Shown piece after piece: positions 1 through 14,142 of a DNA stretch of 64,000 nucleotides. Numbering within the stretch: the first letter of the stretch is position 1; each line of letters starts with the position of its first letter. Source of the DNA: Octopus vulgaris (taxonomy: Eukaryota); assembly GCA_951406725.2 (NCBI GenBank), contig OX597814.1, forward strand, positions 177,444,001 to 177,508,000, written 5' to 3'. The notes under the pieces were generated by a model, which saw only the letters and a list, made by a program, of their open reading frames with translations, had not been told where the DNA came from and searched no databases. A program made the position numbers and the translations under genes.

Positions 1-999
1 ATCAAAAGGGTTATAGGAATACATTGAATAGAAAAATGTAGTTCACCTCAATGATATTATACTAAAAAAAAATAAGAAAAAGGAATTAAGCTAGTAAAAT
101 ATGCCAGACTCTTTTCATCTTTAATAAATCGATATATATTCTAGAGAAAAATGAAGATAAACAAAACCACGAATATTCTGGCATTTCAATTATTATCATC
201 ATTATCTTCGGTTTTTTCTCTATTTCTTCTAATTTGTATGGCTTATTCAGTCAGCAGAATGGAACAATGTGCAACAAACTATCTAATCTAAGACATAATA
301 GTTATATGTAAGAGATACATCCGAATATTACTTTTCATCTCTCTCTCTTTCTTCCTCCTTTTTCTCTCTCTTTAGCCCTATATATTTTTTCTTATATCTC
401 TTTCTTTTTTCTCACCCATCTCTTCCTCCCCGTTCATTCTTTTATTCCTCCTTTCACTTCTATTTCCTAAAACATGGCTTTAACCTTCAAATATCGACCG
501 CATTATCAAAATCTTAGTGGCTATTAACATTTTACTCAATGGATATCGAATAGAGATGAAGGGTTTCTTATTGTTTCATATTGGATTTTAATTGTTGAAA
601 TATGAGCAGTTCATTCTTCAATGAATACACAGACATACTCACACAAACACACTAATATATATATAAATATATGCACACACACACACACACAATACCACCC
701 TATCTACCTATCTATTTATCCATATATATATATGTGTGTCTGTATGTATAAACACACTTGCTACAATATGACTTTTCAGTGTATATGCAAAATACACCGG
801 TACCACAAAACAACAGAGTTTGGATGTATGACTATATAGCAACAAATATGTATGAATGCATGTATATGTGTGTACGTGTATATGTGTGCGCATGTTTATG
901 TAAGGACATAGAAAAGAAAAAGGAGAGAGAATCAGAGAGTTGCCTCCAGTATATTTTTGTGTTAATAAATAGCGAGAGCTATTTTTATTAGAATGGCTG

Positions 1000-1046
<47 letters not shown>

Positions 1047-1844
1047 TTAATATGTAACGATTCACAAGCATCTGTTTAGACTCGCAGACTCACATGTGTG
1101 GATATCGTCTTTCTATATGCATGTCTCTACGCACGGGTATATTGAACATTTGTGCACGTACACACACACCATGCATATTAAACTTCTATCTATAAATAAA
1201 GATATACGACTAACAATACTCCAAAAAACCCTTTGTATTTCCTATTTATTTTTGTCTATTATTTATCAAATAAAATGTAATTAATTTTAGTTTTAGATTT
1301 ATCATTAAAAAAGCGATTTCAGCACAAAATCCAAGGTTGCACATTATAATCTAGTTCTAATATTCTGTTACCGAAACACATATATGTATTCAAATATTTA
1401 AGGAACACATTGGTAGTTATAATAGTTTTTGTTGTTGTTGCTTAAACTTTGGCAGCCTTGATCAGGAGAACTATTATCAAAGACATTTCAGCTATAAATA
1501 AACCGTCTTTGTGCATATCTAGTTCTATACTATCGTACGAGATCTTTTTCTAAAGATGGTAGTATCTGATATAAGGAAGTTCGCTATCAGGTGTAATGAC
1601 CATATGCCTCAGTGATTAAACGTTTGAAGGATACAGAAAATTCTTCCTTATCTTTTATATGAATCAGGCAAAATTACACACAGCATGATTTTGTTGTTCA
1701 AGTTCAAACATTAGGATATGTTTTCTGAATCCCTAATATTCTTTTAAAATCCGCGAGTTATATGGATATTCCTCCTGCTCGTTGGTGCATCGAGGTGCCC
1801 TGTCAATGTCTGAGAACCAACATGCAAGAGTATAACGTACTCAC

Positions 1845-1929
1845 TCTTTTTTGTTGTAGTTCCCAAGACACGTTACTGCTTATTGTAGTTTTTAAAGATC
1901 TTAGAGAAGTTGACAAATTGATGCCAACC
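1845..1929 (-). CDS. Candidate coding exon (phase 2->0; W-VGINLSTSLRSLKTTISSNVSWELQQKR) of an unidentified minus-strand gene
   Basis: Acceptor ttcttgctagtacttctag|G, donor AGA|gtgagt, stop-free frame, phase matches upstream candidate exon 2936-2971. Confidence 0.55.
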
Positions 1930-2935
1930 CTAGAAGTACTAGCAAGAAACAAAGTGAAGGGCAATATCTCATATAATACAGTCAAAGCTTAAGTATTATT
2001 ACCTCAATAACTATTTAAAATCATACTTTATAATTACAGTCATCAGCAAGTACATTATACCATGTAGTTTATCTGTCAGACATTTGCAGTAACCGAAACG
2101 TATCGTTTGAAACGAAATGCTTAACGGAGTGAATATCTATGTCTGGTACCAGAGAATTCAGTTCCCCTAGACCAGCACTACAGGGAACGTCCAGCTTAGA
2201 CAGTTTGTTGAATGGATCAAGAGCAGTAACTTATAATATATAATATACAATACTTCAGCTGGTACTCGGTGCAGTAGAGTTTGAGAAGCACAGCTCTATG
2301 TTATCACTCGATCAGCTATAAATAACGCTCAGATCGCACTGCAGTTACATCTTATCGCTTTAAAATGAACACACTGGAAAATATTGTTTTAAGAGACACC
2401 CACATACAATAAAAAGACAGACAGGATTGTCACAAAGGGAATCCCTTTGATGAGAGATATGCCCTATAGTAGCTAATATTAGCTGAAACAACAAAAACAA
2501 CAGCAACAACAGCATCAGCAGCAGTAATCTAAATCAGATGAATATCTATTCATATATAGTAGACATTTAATAATCACCGACTCTAAAAATACTTCCATTT
2601 TACACACAAAATGTCTTTGCATCAGATTATGAAAGAACTTACGCTCCTCATAACGCTGCTGCCATTAACAGGATGTGTGGTATAGAAAATAAAATGTAAT
2701 TTACTGCAAGTGAAAAATATGACCCACGGTTTCTGGTTCAGATCCTTTATTCAGGTAGAGAAGGCAGAGAAGCGTGTATTATCGTCGAAATGTATCGGAA
2801 ATAATGATTCTCACGGAGAATCTTCTTAGAACCTCATATGTCGGTCATTTCCCTTTCCTCGTGATAATTATATTTATTTTAACTATCACGCCTCCTCTCG
2901 GATTCATTATTGCCGACGGAGGCTTAGACACTCAC

Positions 2936-2971
2936 CACATTATTCCCATTTTGGAAGCTACCTGCTTCAGT
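2936..2971 (-). CDS. Candidate coding exon (phase 2->2; L-LKQVASKMGIM-W)
   Basis: Acceptor tttgcatttagctag|A (needs the second of two AGs 4 nt apart), donor TG|gtgagt; joins in frame with both neighbours. Confidence 0.45.
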
Positions 2972-3746
2972 CTAGCTAAATGCAAAGATTCAGACAAACA
3001 ATGAATGCTGCTGTATAGATCTGCATTTGAATTAACCGCAATATTCACCAGCCATATGAGTCAACTTGGCTGGTTGAAAGAATAAAACAACTAACTTACA
3101 TTTGCCAAAAAAAGCACTACGATCAAAACGAAAACGACGAAACATTCAATGAAGATATGGTGCAGACGTATCATAGATTATCCATAGATTCACATCACAT
3201 AGAGTTTTGGAAAATTTTCTTTCAACAGCGATCGGATCACAGGAAGCAGCTGAGATTTCCTTTCAATCTACGATCGAAATTTTATCAATACTCTGCAGTT
3301 TAAATGTTGCCGAAAAGAGAAAACGAAATTAAATCAGCATTGTTTAGAATCAGTACATTTCGAATTTCGTAATTCTAATAAAAAAACTGTAGACATAAGG
3401 ACTTACACGAATAAATTAGATATTTGTTTGTTTGCAGAGGTAAAGAAGTACACGTTAACTTTTTAAGAACCCTATCGATTAGAAATAACTGAGAGCAATG
3501 TTGATATGTTCTATTAGAAGTGATGATTCACTGGACATCAAAAAGTTTTGTCCAGGATATGAAATGTTAATAGACTGTGAGGCGAGGGTGATGTGATGTG
3601 GATTGGAAAGATGAATGTATCACCTGGATTTAAGTGAGGAAAGTATAACGTCGATAAAAAGAAGCATCACATATCACAAGAATGTCAGTAGAAAACTTAA
3701 ACACTTTAACACATGCCGCACACACACGCGCTTTCTGTCTTTCTTC

Positions 3747-3784
<38 letters not shown>

Positions 3785-4360
3785 CTCTCTCTCAAATATA
3801 TATATATATATACATGAAAATAAGGATAAGATCGTTATTTAAAATACCGATATCAGGTGGCCAGGTGGCCAGCATGGGAATACAAACCTCATAGGTAATA
3901 ATTATTATTAAAGTTGTAATTAAGTGTATCTAAAAAATACCACGATGCTAGATATAGCAGCCATAACTTGACACTAAAATCTCCAGGAGAGAAAACAAAG
4001 AGAAAAAATAAACTAGCAAGAAAAAAGAAAAATATTGGATAATTCCAGATCCAGGATTTCTGGTTTTGCATAAGAAATGCATTGCCTTCATCAGTGGAAT
4101 ATACGCACATAATTTTATATATATATATCATAATTTGAAATTCAATGTAAAGTGCATCATTATTGATAAGCATATGCATTGTAGCATCGTTGCGTAAAGT
4201 AAAAAAAAATACATATTTGTTATTATACATCCCAGGATGAGAAAGCAACATTGGTATACAACGTGATTATACTACATAGTTTTATCTCTCCATGCAGAAA
4301 AAAAATTAGGATTGATTTGGTATTAAGTTAACCAACACACACAAACACACAAATACACAC

Positions 4361-4412
<52 letters not shown>

Positions 4413-4557
4413 TATTGCTCTAGATTTCTTGGCTTTAACAAAAGAGCGGGATCTGAATTCTGAGGTCTGCGATATATTTTTCTGATGCACTAACGATTTT
4501 GCCAAGTAACTATTTTTAGGTTTTAGATATACTATAAAAAAATAGAAATATCAAATT

Positions 4558-4894
4558 TCTAAATATCTCAGAGAGATATAAGCAGTGGTGGAACTATAAA
4601 GCAGTTGTATACTGTCAACTTAACGTGACAGTCCCATAAAGGAAATCACAGCACCGCTATTTAGCCCTAGGAAGCATCAACGCTTCCTGTCGGCCTCGAC
4701 ACAGTTCTTGTGTCCTTACGTTTACAAAGGGGAGACAAGTACCCCAATCCAGCTAAGTCTGCACTCAGAGACATGTTTCTGAGTCTTGCTCGTCATCAGT
4801 CTGGTGTAGCATGGCTTGCTAGCTGAAGATACCTGTCTAGACTTTGTAAACATATATAATTTCAAGTGAAGTAAATTCACTGATCACAAAAAGA
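4558..4894 (-). mobile_element. 337-bp non-coding insertion carrying a hammerhead motif, flanked by a 22-bp target-site duplication
   Basis: aaaaaaatagaaatatcaaatt at 4536-4557 and 4895-4916; internal hammerhead at 4759-4810. Confidence 0.7.
4759..4810 (-). ncRNA. Type I hammerhead ribozyme motif
   Basis: Minus strand reads aga-CTGATGA-c-gag-caaga-ctc-a-GAAA-catg-TC-tct: intact core, short helices I and II, palindromic helix III (acatgt). Confidence 0.7.
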
Positions 4895-5702
4895 AAAAAA
4901 ATAGAAATATCAAATTAAAAGAAAGAAAAGACTATTTGCACATGGTCCTGACTTCAAATTTAAAACTGATATTTCGTTGCGTTTCTGGCATAAATAAAGA
5001 CTCGAAAATATAATTTTATAATCCAACTGTAGTACATAACTATTTTGAATGTATCAGAGTTTATTTATCATTTATACTTGTCAATTTGTTTATTCACTCT
5101 TGTTAGGCGTTTTGTGTCTACATCTACATTTATTTTAAAATCTTTGAAAGAGTTCTGCGATCTTACAAAATATTATTGTATGAACATCTTTATTGAACAA
5201 TGAATCTAAAATGTTTTTGGCACAAAGTTCAAATAGAGAGAATTACCGGCATACTTACAGATGCGTCTCGCATAGAAAGTAAATAGAAAACTGTTTTTAA
5301 GTTAGAAATTTGAAAACTCAGTCATCGCTTAAGGCGTTTTAATAATCATACTACTGTGTAACAAAATTTTGAACAGCAGTTTGTCTCCAAACCAAGCGTC
5401 GGTGTGGGTTTTTCAAAAGGTTTAAAGTCCACTGCGCACCTACTCAGCGCATATTTTATAAATGTTGGGAAATAAATTGAGAAGTGAACCTTTGTGGCAT
5501 TTGAACAAACAACATATATATAATAGGTCAGTGTCTGCTTCTTTCTTTCGGACTTCATATGTATCAGATAGATAGAAAAGATAGATAGATAGATACTGAT
5601 CATGATAACAACAACAACAACAATAATAATAATAATAATAATGATAATAATAATAACAGCAGCACTGCCGCTACCACGACGACCAACAACACCACTATCA
5701 CC

Positions 5703-5759
<57 letters not shown>

Positions 5760-5918
5760 CAACTGCCGTACAGAACTTGTACTTCCCCCCACCCGTAGAG
5801 ATGAAAGTCAAATTTAGCCTCTGTATTGGACCCGAAACAACAACTGCAAAACATTTTGTCCGAGGCACTAACGACCCAGCCAATTCGAAAAAATACACAC
5901 ACACACACACATACGCAC

Positions 5919-6019
5919 AGGTATATGAATTGCGCGCGCGGATGCATAGACGTTGGGGAGCTTTGAGCTAGGAGCAAAGCTTTGTCAGATCTCTCACCAA
6001 TGGAAATTAACAATTTTCC
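5919..6019 (-). CDS. Candidate coding exon (phase 0->2; GKLLISIGERSDKALLLAQSSPTSMHPRAQFIY-L)
   Basis: Acceptor ctatacag|G, donor CT|gtgcgt; only one of three frames is open; higher-GC island between microsatellites. Confidence 0.5.
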
Positions 6020-6206
6020 CTGTATAGCTGACAGCGTAAATACCATGTAGATAATCCCGTTACCCATAATTACATTATCCAATTGAATGCTCATCTGATC
6101 ATTCAGTAATGATTCATGCTTTGCCATTCAGAAATACTCATATTTATGTTTCGACACAGACACAGGCGCACACACACACATACGCACACACACACACACA
6201 TACAAG

Positions 6207-6241
<35 letters not shown>

Positions 6242-6339
6242 GTATGTATGTATATATATATACATATATTTATATATATATATACATATATTTATATATA
6301 TTATATATATATATATACATGTATATATATTTATACATT

Positions 6340-6398
<59 letters not shown>

Positions 6399-6514
6399 AC
6401 AGGCTCTCTTTCTCTCTCTCAACTTGCCTCTTTCTTCCTCTCTATTTCTGTATGTATGTATGTATTTATGTATGTATATATATATGTGTGTGTGTGTGTA
6501 TGCATATTTGTATG

Positions 6515-6582
<68 letters not shown>

Positions 6583-6878
6583 ATATATATATAAATAAAA
6601 TGTATAGAAATACATGGAGCTTCATTTTCTATCATTTAGTCGAATTAGACAAATGGCGCCTCTGACCATTAGAGGTTTTATCAAATGCAGTTGTTATTTT
6701 GTTTGGGTGGAATTCGACTTTTGGCCACGAAAGAAACCTGGACAGTGATGGAGGTCTGCAGTTCATTGTAGTGTGGATATGTTACGGTGTGAGGAATATG
6801 ATTAGATGAGACATATGAAGGATGTTGCGAGGAGAGGCGCATGAATTTGCTTGGCTGAATCAGCAGCAGTAGACCTCA

Positions 6879-7280
6879 GGCGTAGGAGTGGCTGTGTTGT
6901 AAGTAGCTTGTTTACCAACCACATGGTTCCGGGTTCAGTCCCACTGCGTGGCACCTTGGGCAGGTGTCTTCTACTATAGCCTCGGGCCGACCAAAGCCTT
7001 GTGAGTGGATTTGGTAGACGGAAACTGAAAGAAGCCCGTCGTATATATATATATATATATATGCGTGTGTGTGTTTGTGTGTCTATGTTTGTCTCCCTAG
7101 CATTACTTGACAACCGAAGCTGGTGTGTTTATGTCCCCGTTAATTAGCGGTTCGGCAAAAGAGACCGATAGAATAAGTACTGGGCTTACAAAAGAATAAG
7201 TCCCGGGGTCGAGTTGCTCGATTAAAGGCGGTGCTCCAGCATGGCCGCAGTCAAATGACTGAAACAAGAAAAAAAAAAGA
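6879..7280 (+). mobile_element. Full-length tRNA-derived SINE with CORE-like segment, internal (TA)n/(TG)n and 3' tail
   Basis: A/B-box head (tggctgtgttg ... ggttcagtccc), accttgggcaggtgtctt CORE-like motif, tail ccagcatggccgcagtcaaatgactgaaac; related copies elsewhere in the window. Confidence 0.9.
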
Positions 7281-7437
7281 GAAAAAGAGTCTAGTTGAGA
7301 GGAGTGGATATTGTTTTCGTCATAGAGGAAAGGGGAGAAAGAAGACATTGCATAGTTGTGATCTACTGGATGTACATCACACGTGAGTGATGTGCCAATC
7401 AGACAGATGCTCTTCATGGGATGTATACTGTGATTGT

Positions 7438-7665
7438 GGAAGCGCGTGGCTTAGTGGTTAGGGTATTGGACTCATCATCGTAAGATTGTGCTGTCGATTC
7501 GATTCCTGGACTGGGTAACGCTTTGTGTTCTTGAGTAAGACACTTCATTTCATGTTGGTCCAGTCTACTCAACTGGCGAAAATGAGTTATCCACCATCCA
7601 GGTGGGAAATTGATACGTTATGGAAACAGACCCCTACGAGTCAGCATGACTCGAGAATGTAACTT
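7438..7665 (+). mobile_element. tRNA-derived SINE (second family, degenerate)
   Basis: tggcttagtggttaggg A-box, ttcgattcc B-box, ttcttgagtaagacacttcatttca CORE-like segment; similar to 61576-61912. Confidence 0.8.
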
Positions 7666-7939
7666 TAACATTACCATAGTCTGATTATTATGTAGTAGCA
7701 GAAACACCACCAACACTCCAAACACCTTAATCTTCTCCACAATCACTTATTCCTGTACGGTATCAAGCATGAATTCACTGTGAGTTGCGCTTCAGCTTTG
7801 TAGATAGACACCAACTGTTCAAGCTTAAAATAGTTCCTGCTTTTAAATGAGGAAGGTTAAACTTTTTCTTTTGTGATACATTCCTTGTGATACAAGGAAT
7901 TGATCCCTACCACAAAATTTAACGCTCATACGTGTGTTC

Positions 7940-8105
7940 TATATTTAAGAGATGAGGAATTATGTACATTATTTACATTCAACACATATTAGTCCTCAAC
8001 TTGTTTGTTGTTAACACATCGTTTCGGCTGATATACCCTCCAGCCTTCTTCAGGTGTCTTGGGGACATTTCGAACCTGTGTTCTCATTCCTAAGGTATTT
8101 TTCGA

Positions 8106-8154
<49 letters not shown>

Positions 8155-8246
8155 GCTAGGAATATGGGATTATGGCGTAGTGGTTAAGAGCGCGGGCTAC
8201 TAACCCCAAGATTCCGAGTACGATTCCAAGAAGTGACCTGAACACT

Positions 8247-8301
<55 letters not shown>

Positions 8302-8469
8302 GAAATAATAATAATAATAATAATAACATCGAAAAATACCTTAGGAATGAGAACCCAGGTTTGAAATTTCCCCAAGACACTTGAAGAAGGCTGGAGAGTA
8401 TATTATCCGAAACGATGTGTTAACAACATACAAGATGAGGACAAATATCCGTCGAATGTAAATAATGTA
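7940..8469. mobile_element. Composite element: inverted ~145-bp arms with hammerhead-like motif, (TTA)n/(TAA)n, and a central tRNA-like head
   Basis: 7965-8108 is the reverse complement of 8323-8469; central 8166-8240 has tggcgtagtgg (A box) and gagtacgattcc (B-box-like). Confidence 0.8.
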
Positions 8470-9276
8470 AATGATGTAAATAATATCTTACGTGTGTGTT
8501 GATCATGCAATATTCCAACACGTCCACAAGGCATATACTTGGCGCAGGTCCGTATGCTGATAACATCGTACTCGGTTCTTCCTATTATTCTCCAGACACA
8601 CCTGCACGACTATTCTAATCACATAGAAATATGACTACAAAAGCAACATCGAATGTGAGGGGATGAAATGTGAGGGGATGAAATGTGAGGATGACCTCGA
8701 CAGGATTTAAACTTAGAACATAAAGAACCGAAATAAATGCTACAATAGATTGCATTTAGTTCGCCGTTCTAACGACGCAGCCAGTTCACCATCTGAACAT
8801 CATACCGTTAACTACTACATGTTATGTCAGTTATGAATATATATATATATCTGTAGATCAACACCTGGCTGTCCAGCGGACAATCTGTGTGCAACAGTTC
8901 TGCTGGATCACGAGAACGTGGGGTTAAATAACAACGACAGCAATAACAATATCATCGTTATATTCGACTGTGGTCAGTACCTTCACACAATCAATACAAG
9001 CTTCAATGCCACCACCCTCCACCACCACCACCAACAACAACAACAACCACCACCATCTTCACCCTCACCATCTAATTGACTAGTCTTTACCCCCAAAGTA
9101 AGGCCTTGTGCCTTTAATAGAAAGTATTACTATTATTATTGTTATTATTATTGAGAGAGCAGTGCATGTCATCGAAGTGACACTGTGATTAAAATATAAT
9201 AATAATAATATATAATAATAATAATAATAATAATAAATAATAATAATAATAATAATTATTATTATTATCGTTATTA

Positions 9277-9480
9277 AGGCGTCCAGCTGTCACAATTGTT
9301 AGCACGCCGGGAAAATGCTTAGTGGCATTTGGTCTGTCTTTATATTCTGGGTTCAAATACCGCCGAGGTCGACTTTGCTTTTAATCCTTTCCGGGTACCA
9401 GTTGAACACCGGGATCGATGTAATCAACTCATCCCCAACCCCGAAATTGCTACCCTTGCGGCAAAATTTGGAACCGTTAC
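9277..9480 (+). mobile_element. tRNA-derived SINE with Nin/Deu-like central domain
   Basis: ggttcaaataccgccgaggtcgactttgcttttaatcctttc; same family as 17140-17380 and 47755-47995. Confidence 0.8.
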
Positions 9481-9489
9481 TATTATTAT

Positions 9490-9720
<231 letters not shown>

Positions 9721-10302
9721 TAATTCCTGTTTAAACACCAGTATCTCAACAAATGAGTTACAGCCATGACCATCCTGTTCTTTTCTTGTATTATCGGGAC
9801 AACAAAATATGTAAGTTTTATTCTCTAGGGCAGTAGAGTGTGATATGAGGGAAATATATTTGGTATTTCAAATAGGTTGAGCGAGAAATTAGATCCTCAC
9901 TCGTTGAGGTGTATTGGTGACGGTGGTGGGTGTTGTTGTTGTTGCTGTTGTCATTGTAGTAGTGGTGGTGATGGTGGTGGCTGTTGTGGCGGCTGTACTG
10001 ATAATGCCTGCTGTTAGTGAATATAGAATTGAAAATATAACAAAAATAAAAAAAAATGAACGGAAAAACACAAACACAAAACAAACGGAAAACACGCACA
10101 AATACACAAACACATACACACAGACATTCGCATTCACACACACACGCACAACGCAGCACCAAAAATAACAAAATAAAGAAAAGCACAAGAACAAAAGGTC
10201 TACTTCTTGAGATAAAATAATCTCCATAAAATGGTAAATGCAACGGTTAAGCATTGCAGATAAATGTAGCAATATACGAGATAAAATGGATGAAAAAAAT
10301 TA

Positions 10303-10339
<37 letters not shown>

Positions 10340-10479
10340 TGTTTTTGTTGCTGTATTTGTTGCCCCTTTTTTACCTCATATCCAGAGGGTATATAATCTT
10401 AGAATCGCGTGACAATCTCAAACTTTCGTGTAGAAAAGTTCTACTTTGGAAAATTTCTCTTCCTAACATGTCTTTGGTT

Positions 10480-10525
<46 letters not shown>

Positions 10526-10605
10526 TATGCACATACATACATACATACATACATACATACATACATACATACATACATACATACATACATACATACATAC
10601 ATACA

Positions 10606-10639
<34 letters not shown>

Positions 10640-10794
10640 CATACATACATGCATACATGTGCAAACACAAACGAAAGCTAAAAATATGAACAGATACACA
10701 CAAACTCACGCATGTATACATTTCTCTCTCAATCTCTCTCTCTAATTTATATATATATATATATATGCATATATATATGTATGTATGTATATGT

Positions 10795-10830
<36 letters not shown>

Positions 10831-11681
10831 GTATATAATTAATTAATAAGGGTGAGAGAATTAGATACTAATTTAATAGTATATTTATTCCACACCAAGT
10901 GGCCTAGTGCTACGAGAAACCTGGATTATTATAATATTTTATAACATATTATAATATTTTCACAAAATAAATATAAGAGAGTGTTCACTATATTGATCAC
11001 TCTAGCACCAGTTAATCCAAGAGGTTTCAACCACGAAAAATACATGTTTCCCATGAAAGCCGGTACGACTGTTAGCTCACACGGACAGGGCAAATAAAAA
11101 ATAACAAAAATACAGATTATCTTGGGACAATTGTTTCGCTATTAATGAATTAAATGTAATATTACTTACAAATGGATTGCTGTAAGTAATATTACATTTA
11201 ATTCATTAATAGCGAAACAATTGTCCCAAGATAATCTGTATTTTTGTTATTTTTTATTTGCCCTGTCCGTGTGAGCTAACAGTCGTACCGGCTTTCATGG
11301 GAAACATGTATTTTTCGTGGTTGAAACCTCTTGGATTAACTGGTGCTAGAGTGATCAATATAGTGAACACTCTCTTATATTTATTTTGTGAAAATATTAT
11401 AATATGTTATAAAATATTATAATAATCCAGGTTTCTCGTAGCACTAGGCCACTTGGTGTGGAATAAATATACTATTAAATTAGTATCTAATTCTCTCACC
11501 CTTATTAATTAATTATAATTATGCTGCATTTATTTCTAAATGCTGTATTTTGTTTTCCGTGAGAGTTTGGCGCGCTGTTGGTTGGGGCATTTGAATTATA
11601 ACGTCCGATGTAATCAATTGAACCGCACGCGTAATTATCGTTATGGTAAAATCTGGCGTGTGATTGAGTGGATTTCATCAA

Positions 11682-11771
11682 GATAGCCTTGGCTGAAGAG
11701 CTACAAATGGATTGCTGTAAGTAATATTACATTTAATTCATTAATAGCGAAACAATTGTCCCAAGATAATC
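11682..11771 (+). ncRNA. Type I hammerhead ribozyme, copy 1 (predicted cleavage after GUC at 11760)
   Basis: gat-agc-cttgg CTGAAGA gcta[41-nt loop]tagc GAAA caattg TC ccaag-ata-atc: full core, helix I cttgg/ccaag, helix II gcta/tagc, palindromic helix III acaattgt. Confidence 0.85.
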
Positions 11772-12216
11772 TGTATTTTTGTTATTTTTTATTTGCCCTG
11801 TCCGTGTGAGCTAACAGTCGTACCGGCTTTCATGGGAAACATGTATTTTTCGTGGTTGAAACCTCTTGGATTAACTGGTGCTAGAGTGATCAATATAGTG
11901 AACACTCTCTTATATTTATTTTGTGAAAATATTATAATATGTTATAAAATATTATAATAATCCAGGTTTCTCGTAGCACTAGGCCACTTGGTGTGGAATA
12001 AATATACTATTAAATTAGTATCTAATTCTCTCACCCTTATTAATTAATTATAATTATGCTGCATTTATTTCTAAATGCTGTATTTTGTTTTCCGTGAGAG
12101 TTTGGCGCGCTGTTGGTTGGGGCATTTGAATTATAACGTCCGATGTAATCAATTGAACCGCACGCGTAATTATCGTTATGGTAAAATCTGGCGTGTGATT
12201 GAGTGGATTTCATCAA

Positions 12217-12306
12217 GATAGCCTTGGCTGAAGAGCTACAAATGGATTGCTGTAAGTAATATTACATTTAATTCATTAATAGCGAAACAATTGTCCCAAG
12301 ATAATC
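12217..12306 (+). ncRNA. Type I hammerhead ribozyme, copy 2 (predicted cleavage after 12295)
   Basis: Identical to 11682-11771, 535 bp downstream. Confidence 0.85.
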
Positions 12307-12455
12307 TGTATTTTTGTTATTTTTTATTTGCCCTGTCCGTGTGAGCTAACAGTCGTACCGGCTTTCATGGGAAACATGTATTTTTCGTGGTTGAAACCTC
12401 TTGGATTAACTGGTGCTAGAGTGATCAATATAGTGAACACTCTCTTATATTTATT

Positions 12456-13360
<905 letters not shown>

Positions 13361-13763
13361 CACATAAGTATTTGTTTGATATTTTTCTAATTTTCAGGGT
13401 AGTGAGAATCGATTTTATGACCAGTGCATTGGATGCACATCAATTGCAGACGTTAAGCAACGTTTGCATTATCTTTTCCTATTAAACAGGAAACAAAGTA
13501 TACCTGATCGGATCAGAAATGGCGAAGTTAACGACATAATGCATATACTTACTTACTTTGAGACATTCTTCAACACATGCTTTCATACATACTAATATAT
13601 ACATATGTGTGTGTGTGTGTGCGCGTACGTTTGGGGTGTTGGAGTTTGGATAAATGCAATATTAAGCACAAGAGAAGCGAATGCCATATTGCAGGGTGTG
13701 TACGTGAATGAACGTGAACATACACACACACACGTATATACATATATACTTACATACATAGAC

Positions 13764-13796
<33 letters not shown>

Positions 13797-13814
13797 CATT
13801 TACATATACATGCA

Positions 13815-13947
<133 letters not shown>

Positions 13948-14092
13948 ATAGTTCTTAGCTGGATATTCTGTTTTACATTAATGTAACAACGTAATATCCT
14001 GCTGATAACATCAGCAACAATAACAATAATAATAACCATAATTATAATAATGATAATAATAAATATAGACAATTCATATGTAAGTATCTGGC

Positions 14093-14142
<50 letters not shown>

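Larger units (their letters stand above)
10834..12455 (+). mobile_element. Penelope-like pseudo-LTR / retrozyme-type array: inverted partial copy plus ~2.4 tandem 535-bp units, embedded in (TA)n
   Basis: 10834-11170 is the reverse complement of 11181-11517 (10-nt spacer); units at 11167-11701, 11702-12236 and 12237-12455 appear identical; no coding ORF. Confidence 0.9.

Noticed and set aside
3060-3410. Possible mariner C-terminal relic
   Set aside because: Too degenerate; no intact diagnostic motif.
11167-12455. CRISPR array or LTR retrotransposon
   Set aside because: Units are contiguous and identical, with no unique spacers, no TG..CA ends and no PBS or PPT; eukaryotic context.
13398-13595. 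Plus-strand open frame after a good acceptor ([12 protein letters not shown]...)
   Set aside because: No partner exons or recognisable homology.
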